From NCBI GenBank assembly GCA_036385355.1, contig DASVKO010000026.1:849-64848 (forward strand): DNA of 64,000 nt. Reading direction: 5' to 3'. How positions within the stretch are numbered: position 1 is the stretch's first letter; every line of letters begins with the position of its first letter. This DNA comes from Dermatophilaceae bacterium. Lineage in GTDB: Bacteria > Actinomycetota > Actinomycetes > Actinomycetales > Dermatophilaceae. The translations under genes and the position numbers were made by a program. The notes under the pieces were generated by a model, which saw only the letters and a list, made by a program, of their open reading frames with translations, made no database searches and was not told where the DNA came from. Shown in pieces: positions 58,388 through 64,000 of the stretch.

Positions 58388-60061
58388 ATGCTTCTGTCCG
58401 ATGTCGTGCGCGCCTCGCGCCAGGTGTCCGGGACGAGCTCACGCCTCACCAAAGTGTCGCTGATCGCCGACCTGCTGCGACAGTGCGCTCACCAGGTTGT
58501 CGACGGCACAGCTCCCGCCGACGAGATCGGGTTGGCCACCCGCTACCTCTCAGGTTCGCTGCGCCAGCGCCGAACCGGCATCGCGCTGACATCGTTGTCC
58601 AGGCTCTCCCCGTCATCCGCGACGTCCACGTCATCCGCGTCATCCACGTCATCCACGTCATCCACGTCGCCTTCCGGGATGTCATGGACCGAGCTCCCGG
58701 CACCCGCTACGGGCACGGTAACGCTGTCCGAGCTCGACACCGTGATGCAGCAGGCCAGCGAGCTGGCCGGCGCCGGCTCCTCGAGCCTGCGCACCGACCT
58801 GTTCCTGGGCCTGGTGGCCAGACTGACGGCGCAGGAGCGAGGCTTCGTGGTGGGTCTGCTGCGTGGCGGGCTGCGCCAGGGTGCGCTGGAGTCGGTGGTC
58901 ATGACCGCGGTCGCCGACGCCGTCGGTGTCCCTCGTGAGGATGTACGTCGCGCCGTGGCCACCCAGGGTGACCTCGCCGGTGTCGCACAGGCCGTTCTGG
59001 TGGACGGCCCGCAGGGTCTGGATCGCTTTCGCCTGACCGTCGGCCGGGGCGTCAGCCCGATGCTGGCCGGTTCGGCCAAGAGCGTCGCCGAGGCCCTCGC
59101 CAGGACCGGACCGGCCGGCGTCGAGTGGAAGCTGGACGGCATTCGCGCCCAGATCCACAAGCGGGGCAAGGACATCCGCGTCCTGACCCGATCCCTCGAT
59201 GACATCACCGATCGGGTTCCCGAGGTGGTCGAGCTGATCTCGTCACTGCCGGTGACGACGGCGATCTTCGACGGCGAGCTGATTGCGTTACACCCCGGCG
59301 GGCGGCCGAAACCCTTTCAGGAGACCGGCTCTCGTACCGCCACCAGCGTCGATCCCGCGCAGGCCCGGGAGCGGACCCCGCTCACGGCATACCTCTTTGA
59401 CGTCCTGCACCTGGACGGGACCGATCTCATCGACGAGACCGCCCAGGTCCGGCGCCGCGTCCTGGAGACGGTGGTGCCACCCGCCCATCTGACGCCCCGG
59501 CTCGGGGTCGAAGACGTCACCCAGCCCGCCCAGGTCGACGCGGCCACCGCGTTTGCCGCCGACACCGTGGCACAAGGGCATGAGGGCGTCGTGGTCAAGG
59601 CCGGCAGCGCGCCCTACGAGATGGGACGGCGAGGGGCAGGCTGGATCAAGGTCAAACCCGTTCACACCCTCGACCTGGTCATTCTGGCAGTCGAACGCGG
59701 CAACGGACGTCGCAGCGGCTGGCTGAGCAACATCCACCTGGGCGCACGCGACCCGGCAGGGCGCTTCGGCCCGCAGGACGGGTTCGTCATGCTCGGCAAG
59801 ACGTTCAAGGGGCTCACCGACGACATGCTGCGCTGGCAGAGTGCGGAGCTGCCCCGGCACGCCGTCGGACCGACCGACGGGTACCTCCTCGAGCTGCGCC
59901 CGGAGGTGGTGGTGGAGATCGCCGTCGACGGTGTGCAGACCTCTCCTCGCTATCCGGCCGGACTGGCGCTGCGCTTTGCACGGGTGGTGCGGCACCGGCC
60001 GGACAAGACGGCGAACGAAGCCGACACGATCGAGATGGTGGAGGCCCTGTACGAGTCGTGA
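58388..60061 (+). CDS. ligB: ATP-dependent DNA ligase (LigB type)
   Basis: Start MLLSDVVRASRQVSGTSSRLTKVSLIADLL matches the mycobacterial LigB N-terminus (from memory). Adenylation motif EWKLDGIRAQIH, WIKVKPVHTLDLVILAVE, RFARVVRHRPDK. The ORF-track start at 58040 is an extension antisense to ecsC. Confidence 0.92.
   Translation: MLLSDVVRASRQVSGTSSRLTKVSLIADLLRQCAHQVVDGTAPADEIGLATRYLSGSLRQRRTGIALTSLSRLSPSSATSTSSASSTSSTSSTSPSGMSWTELPAPATGTVTLSELDTVMQQASELAGAGSSSLRTDLFLGLVARLTAQERGFVVGLLRGGLRQGALESVVMTAVADAVGVPREDVRRAVATQGDLAGVAQAVLVDGPQGLDRFRLTVGRGVSPMLAGSAKSVAEALARTGPAGVEWKLDGIRAQIHKRGKDIRVLTRSLDDITDRVPEVVELISSLPVTTAIFDGELIALHPGGRPKPFQETGSRTATSVDPAQARERTPLTAYLFDVLHLDGTDLIDETAQVRRRVLETVVPPAHLTPRLGVEDVTQPAQVDAATAFAADTVAQGHEGVVVKAGSAPYEMGRRGAGWIKVKPVHTLDLVILAVERGNGRRSGWLSNIHLGARDPAGRFGPQDGFVMLGKTFKGLTDDMLRWQSAELPRHAVGPTDGYLLELRPEVVVEIAVDGVQTSPRYPAGLALRFARVVRHRPDKTANEADTIEMVEALYES
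58611..58672. repeat. 9-nt-unit microsatellite (gtcatccac/gtcatccgc) encoding a Ser/Thr-rich linker in ligB
   Basis: cgtcatccgcgacgtccacgtcatccgcgtcatccacgtcatccacgtcatccacgtcgcc encodes SSATSTSSASSTSSTSSTS. Confidence 0.88.
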
Positions 60062-60069
60062 CCGTGCCT

Positions 60070-60108
60070 TGTGGGACACCTCACAAGATCTTTGTGGGAC
60101 ACCTCACA
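60070..60108. promoter_or_regulatory. two identical CRP/GlxR-type palindromic sites upstream of cstA
   Basis: TGTGGGACACCTCACA at 60070-60085 and again at 60093-60108, as part of a perfect 17-nt direct repeat ttgtgggacacctcaca. It matches TGTGA-N6-TCACA with one mismatch and lies 101-139 nt upstream of the cstA ATG. Confidence 0.6.
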
Positions 60109-60208
60109 GGAAGGGCGCGTCTGCGCGAAGTGACCCCGCCCCTATTCATGGGTAAGGCAGAGGCGTAGATTCCGCCCCAACCCAACGGCTCCACCGGGAG
60201 GATCCCCC

Positions 60209-62398
60209 ATGTCAACGGTCACGTCTGCTGATCAAAGAGGGCGGAAGATGACGCCCAGGTCCATGGTGGTCTGGGGGGCGGTCGCCCTGGTCGGAGCGGT
60301 CTGCTGGGCGGTGCTGGCCCTGTCCCGGGGCGAGAATGTCTCGGCCCTGTGGATCCTGTTCGCCGCGCTGTCGTCATACGCCATCGCCTACCGCTTCTAC
60401 GCCCGCTTCATCGCCTACAAGGTGCTCGGCGTCAACAACAAGAGAGCCACCCCGGCAGAGCGCCTGCAGAACGGCGCCGACTTCGACGTGACCGACCGCC
60501 GGGTGCTGTTCGGGCACCACTTCGCGGCCATCGCCGGCGCCGGTCCGCTGGTCGGCCCCGTCCTGGCCGCCCAGATGGGGTACCTCCCGAGCACGATCTG
60601 GATCATCGTCGGCGTCATCTTCGCGGGCGCCGTCCAGGACATGGTGATCCTGTTCTTCTCGATGCGTCGCGACGGCAAGAGCCTCGGCCAGATGATCCGC
60701 GAGGAGATCGGCACGGTCGGCGGTATCGCCGCGCTGGTCGCGGTCTTCTCGATCATGATCATCCTGCTCGCCGTGCTCGCCCTCGTCGTGGTCAATGCCC
60801 TGGCCGAGTCGCCCTGGGGCGTATTCTCCATCGGCCTCACGATCCCAATCGCACTTTTCATGGGGTTCTACCTGCGCTACCTGCGGCCCGGTCGCGTGAT
60901 GGAGGTCACCGGGATCGGTGTCGCCCTGCTGCTGGCGGCGATCATCGGCGGCAACTGGGTCAGCCAGATGGGCCTTGCCGACGCGCTGACCCTCTCCCCG
61001 AACAACCTGGTCTTCGCTCTCGTCATCTACGGTTTCGTGGCCTCGATCCTGCCGGTCTGGATGCTGCTGGCCCCGCGTGACTACCTGTCCACGTTCATGA
61101 AGGTCGGCGTCATCGTGCTCCTCGCGATCGGCCTGGTCATCGCCAGACCCATGCTTCAGAGCCCGGCGATCTCGCACTTCGCCACCGACGGAACCGGGCC
61201 CGTGTTCGCCGGAAAGATGTTCCCGTTCGTGTTCATCACGATCGCCTGTGGCGCCCTGTCAGGGTTCCATGCGCTGATCGCCTCGGGCACCACCCCCAAG
61301 ATGATCGGCAAGGAGAGCCAGGTCCGGATGATCGGATACGGCGGCATGCTGATGGAATCGTTTGTCGCGATCAGCGCCCTGATCGCTGCCTCCATCATCG
61401 ACCAGGGGCTTTACTTCTCGATCAACAGCCCGGCTGGAGCGACGGGTGGCTCACCGGGTGCGGCATCGGAGTTCGTCCGCACCCTCGGCTTCTCGATCAG
61501 CCCGGCCGACCTCGCCGCTGCGGCAAAGTCCGTCCATGAGATCACCCTGATCTCCCGCACCGGCGGCGCGCCCACCCTCGCTTTCGGTATCTCGAAGGTC
61601 TTCACCGCGGCGTTCGGCGGGGGCCTTGCCGCGTTCTGGTACCACTTCGCGATCATGTTCGAGGCCCTGTTCATCCTCACCGCCGTCGATGCCGGAACCC
61701 GCGTCGGCCGCTTCATGCTGCAGGACACGATCGGCAACGTCTGGCACAGGTACGCCGACATCTCCTGGAAGCCGGCCTCCTGGTCCGCCAGCGCCGTGGT
61801 CGTCGGGGCGTGGGGCTACATGCTTTATGTCGGCGTAAATGATCCGCTCGGCGGCATCAACCAGCTGTTCCCGCTGTTCGGCATCTCCAACCAGCTGCTC
61901 GCGGCAATCGCGCTTACCTTGTGCGTGACCCTCGTACTCAAGCACGGCAAGGCCAAGTACGTCTGGGTTCCCGGAATCGCTCTCGCATGGGACCTGATAA
62001 TCACGATGACCGCGAGCTGGGAGAAGGTATTCTCGAACAACCCGAAGATCGGCTTCTTCTCGCAGCGATCGGCCTACTCTGCGGCGCTCGACAAGGGCAA
62101 ACTGCTCAAGCCTGCCAAAACCATGGACCAGATGCAGCAGATCATCACGAACTCAACGGTGGACGGAGTCCTGATGGCTCTCTTCGCGGTGCTGACCCTC
62201 ATTGTGGTCGCCAGCGCGATCCCCGTCTGGATCAAGGCGTCGAAGCTGGGTGAGCTCCCGACCACCGAGGCCCCGTACGAGCCCTCGCACCTCGTCGCGC
62301 CGGCGGAGATCTTCGCAACCGCATTGGAGAAGCAGGCTGTCCGTGACTACGAGGACTACAACCGCAAGCTGGCTGCTGCTCCTAGAGTCCCGGTGTGA
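60209..62398 (+). CDS. cstA: carbon starvation protein A (peptide/pyruvate transporter family)
   Basis: 729 aa, polytopic. LFGHHFAAIAGAGPLVGPVLAAQMGYLP, ACGALSGFHALIASGTTPKM. GGGAGGA RBS. Confidence 0.95.
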   Translation: MSTVTSADQRGRKMTPRSMVVWGAVALVGAVCWAVLALSRGENVSALWILFAALSSYAIAYRFYARFIAYKVLGVNNKRATPAERLQNGADFDVTDRRVLFGHHFAAIAGAGPLVGPVLAAQMGYLPSTIWIIVGVIFAGAVQDMVILFFSMRRDGKSLGQMIREEIGTVGGIAALVAVFSIMIILLAVLALVVVNALAESPWGVFSIGLTIPIALFMGFYLRYLRPGRVMEVTGIGVALLLAAIIGGNWVSQMGLADALTLSPNNLVFALVIYGFVASILPVWMLLAPRDYLSTFMKVGVIVLLAIGLVIARPMLQSPAISHFATDGTGPVFAGKMFPFVFITIACGALSGFHALIASGTTPKMIGKESQVRMIGYGGMLMESFVAISALIAASIIDQGLYFSINSPAGATGGSPGAASEFVRTLGFSISPADLAAAAKSVHEITLISRTGGAPTLAFGISKVFTAAFGGGLAAFWYHFAIMFEALFILTAVDAGTRVGRFMLQDTIGNVWHRYADISWKPASWSASAVVVGAWGYMLYVGVNDPLGGINQLFPLFGISNQLLAAIALTLCVTLVLKHGKAKYVWVPGIALAWDLIITMTASWEKVFSNNPKIGFFSQRSAYSAALDKGKLLKPAKTMDQMQQIITNSTVDGVLMALFAVLTLIVVASAIPVWIKASKLGELPTTEAPYEPSHLVAPAEIFATALEKQAVRDYEDYNRKLAAAPRVPV

Positions 62399-62411
62399 GG
62401 AGTAGATCGCG

Positions 62412-62600
62412 ATGATGAACGCCGCCCTCAGGGTCGGGCGCGGGATCCGCTGGTATCTCAAGCAGGTGACCGGCGAGGCCAAGTGGGACGAGTACCTCGG
62501 GCGAGCTCGCAGCGAAGACTTCGAGCCGATGTCGCGTCGGGACTTCGAGCGGCACCGGAGCGAGCACTCGGAGAAGAACCCGCGTGCCCGCTGCTGCTGA
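62412..62600 (+). CDS. ybdD: YbdD/YjiX family (DUF466) CstA-associated small protein
   Basis: 62 aa: GEAKWDEYLGRARSEDFEPMSRRDFERHRSEHSEKNPRARCC. It lies 13 nt after cstA. The C-terminal CC is characteristic of this family. Confidence 0.88.
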   Translation: MMNAALRVGRGIRWYLKQVTGEAKWDEYLGRARSEDFEPMSRRDFERHRSEHSEKNPRARCC

Positions 62601-62610
62601 AGGCTTACCG

Positions 62611-63207
62611 CTAGCCGAGGCTGCCGAACTCAGTCCCGTTTATGGCGGCCTCAGAATCCCGGAGCCGGACTCCGTGCTTTGTCCGGCGGCCTCCGCCTGC
62701 CGGTAGGACGTTGGTTCCGCGCAGGTGCCGGAAGACCAGGCTCGTCTCCGCATGCTGGATAACCGGGCTCGCGGCGAAGTACTCCAGGATGAAGTCGTGC
62801 AGGGCGGTCGTGTCAGTGGCAGCCACGTGCAGCAGGTAGTCCGTTCCTCCGGCGACGTGGAGCACCTCGACCACACCCGGCAGGTGAGGTGCAACGGTGA
62901 CGAAGGCCTGGATCTGTTCTCGGTGATGGGCCTGCATGCGCACGGCAATGATTGCCTGGAGGGGCAGGCCGACAAGGGTCAGGTCGATGTCGGCGTGGTA
63001 GCCCCGGATGACGCCGCTTTCACGCAGTGCCCGAACCCGCCCCAGACACGTTGACGGAGCGATCCCCACCGCGGCGGCGAGCGCGAGGTTAGGCATCCGG
63101 CCATCGGCGGCGAGAAGTCTCAGGATCGCGTAGTCGATCTCATCGAGTACGGGGTGCCGAACGTTGTTCACCGGTGATGCCTCCAGACCTGCTCGCGCCG
63201 AGTACAT
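62611..63207 (-). CDS. Lrp/AsnC family transcriptional regulator
   Basis: HTH LDEIDYAILRLLAADGRMPNLALAAAVGIAPSTCLGRVRALRESGVIRGY plus an RAM/AsnC_trans_reg domain. The GTG at 63171 is an alternative start. About 30 aa of C-terminal extension. Confidence 0.88.
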   Translation of the reverse strand: MYSARAGLEASPVNNVRHPVLDEIDYAILRLLAADGRMPNLALAAAVGIAPSTCLGRVRALRESGVIRGYHADIDLTLVGLPLQAIIAVRMQAHHREQIQAFVTVAPHLPGVVEVLHVAGGTDYLLHVAATDTTALHDFILEYFAASPVIQHAETSLVFRHLRGTNVLPAGGGRRTKHGVRLRDSEAAINGTEFGSLG

Positions 63208-63308
63208 GACAGCAGATAGTGCTAGGAGCGAATCTAATACGAAGGGCTTGCTTATCGGCTCTTGAAGTATCGAAACTGAGGCTAATCAATGAACTTCCAG
63301 GAGGCATC

Positions 63309-64000
63309 GTGAACGCCCTGCAGACTCGTGCCGTACATGCCGGCCGACGCGACCTGGCTGGTCTGGGGGTCCATGTGCCCTCAATCGACCTGTCCACCAC
63401 CAATCCGCTGGTTGACGTGGAGTCCGGCGGTGAGGCGTACGAGGCGTTGGCGACCGGTGGGCGGCCGACCCCCGGTGCCAGCCATGTCTATGGCCGGCTG
63501 TGGAACCCGACTGTCGCCCGCTTTGAGGATGCCCTCGCCGAGCTGGAGGGCAGCCCGGAGGCTGTGGCCTTCTCGTCGGGCATGGCCGCCTTGACCGCGT
63601 GCCTGCTCGCCATGAGCGCCGCGGGTAAGAGGCACGTCGTGGCAGTGCGCCCGGTCTACGGTGGCACAGATCACCTGCTGGACAACGGCCTGCTCGGTAT
63701 AGAGGTCACCTGGGTTGGCCCCAAGGAGATCGAGCATGCCCTGCGACCTGACACAGGTCTAGTCATCGTCGAGACCCCGGCGAATCCCACCCTGGAACTG
63801 CTGGACCTTGACGATGTCTGCGCGCAGGCCGGAGAGGTCCCCGTCCTGGTCGACAACACTTTCGCCACGCCAGTCCTGCAGCAGCCCATGCGCCATGGTG
63901 CATCCCTGGTTCTGCACAGCGCCACGAAGTTCATCGGCGGCCATGGAGATGTGCTGGCCGGCGTCGTCGCCGCGGGCCCGCAGTGGGCGTCGCGGATTCG
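63309..64000 (+). CDS. Cys/Met-metabolism PLP-dependent enzyme (methionine gamma-lyase / cystathionine gamma-lyase-synthase family), 5' part
   Basis: My own translation from the GTG at 63309 (AGGAGG 5 nt upstream): VNALQTRAVHAGRRD...YGRLWNPTVARFEDALAELEG...AFSSGMAA...VETPANPTLELLDL...VDNTFATPVLQQP...HSATKFIGGHGD (PLP Lys). It is open to the window end, so it is not in the ORF track. Confidence 0.88.
   Translation, partial: MNALQTRAVHAGRRDLAGLGVHVPSIDLSTTNPLVDVESGGEAYEALATGGRPTPGASHVYGRLWNPTVARFEDALAELEGSPEAVAFSSGMAALTACLLAMSAAGKRHVVAVRPVYGGTDHLLDNGLLGIEVTWVGPKEIEHALRPDTGLVIVETPANPTLELLDLDDVCAQAGEVPVLVDNTFATPVLQQPMRHGASLVLHSATKFIGGHGDVLAGVVAAGPQWASRI

Noticed and set aside
58387-58390. Apparent 2-nt overlap of divergent start codons (ecsC-like ATG at 58389 and ligB ATG at 58388).
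   Set aside because: A GTG at 58341 with a strong GGGAGGA RBS at 5-nt spacing is a better EcsC-like start. The overlap is probably an artefact of choosing the longest ORF. The junction is still unusually tight and is reported as a low-interest finding.
62592-62600. Possible selenocysteine recoding at the C-terminus of the YbdD/YjiX-like protein. This family includes Sec-containing members.
   Set aside because: The gene ends ...CGC TGC TGC TGA with two Cys codons and a terminal TGA. An in-frame TAG follows 12 nt later and I see no SECIS-like hairpin, so it is simply the Cys-containing form.

Overview
This is a very GC-rich actinobacterial chromosomal core segment. The gene order resembles Propionibacteriales or related Actinomycetia, but I cannot assign a species. 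Almost all of it is housekeeping and most genes lie on the minus strand.

Reading the minus strand from right to left:
- A complete dcw cell-wall/division cluster: mraZ-rsmH-ftsL-ftsI-murE-murF-mraY-murD-ftsW-murG-murC-ftsQ-ftsZ-pgeF-yggS-sepF-yggT-divIVA.
- A DksA/TraR-like gene, then lspA, rluD and dnaE.
- An MFS transporter, oligopeptidase B, and a GAF-ANTAR gene followed by a STAS/anti-sigma-like fusion.
- A his operon: hisD-hisC-hisB-orf212-hisH-priA-sseB-like.
- A second MFS transporter, then infC-rpmI-rplT-trmH, an orphan PAS histidine kinase and pheS.

To the right of the dcw cluster:
- A divergent MoxR-DUF58-transglutaminase operon.
- rnhA and the principal sigma factor.
- usp, and metX behind a SAM-IV riboswitch.
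- DUF4192, YkvA and EcsC-like genes, and ligB.
- cstA-ybdD, then a divergent Lrp/Cys-Met PLP enzyme pair.

I found no tRNA or rRNA genes, no CRISPR array, no transposase or integrase, and no obvious horizontally acquired island. I do not see a convincing novel multi-gene system.

The best leads are:
- An uncharacterised 212-aa ORF translationally coupled inside the his operon.
- The GAF-ANTAR plus STAS/degenerate-kinase pair.
- Phased GTGGAG boxes upstream of mraZ.
- Duplicated CRP-type sites upstream of cstA.
- Several unusual tandem repeats, both coding and intergenic.

Many longest-ORF starts in the supplied track are upstream over-extensions. I re-derived those starts from RBS placement, overlap coupling and N-terminal conservation.
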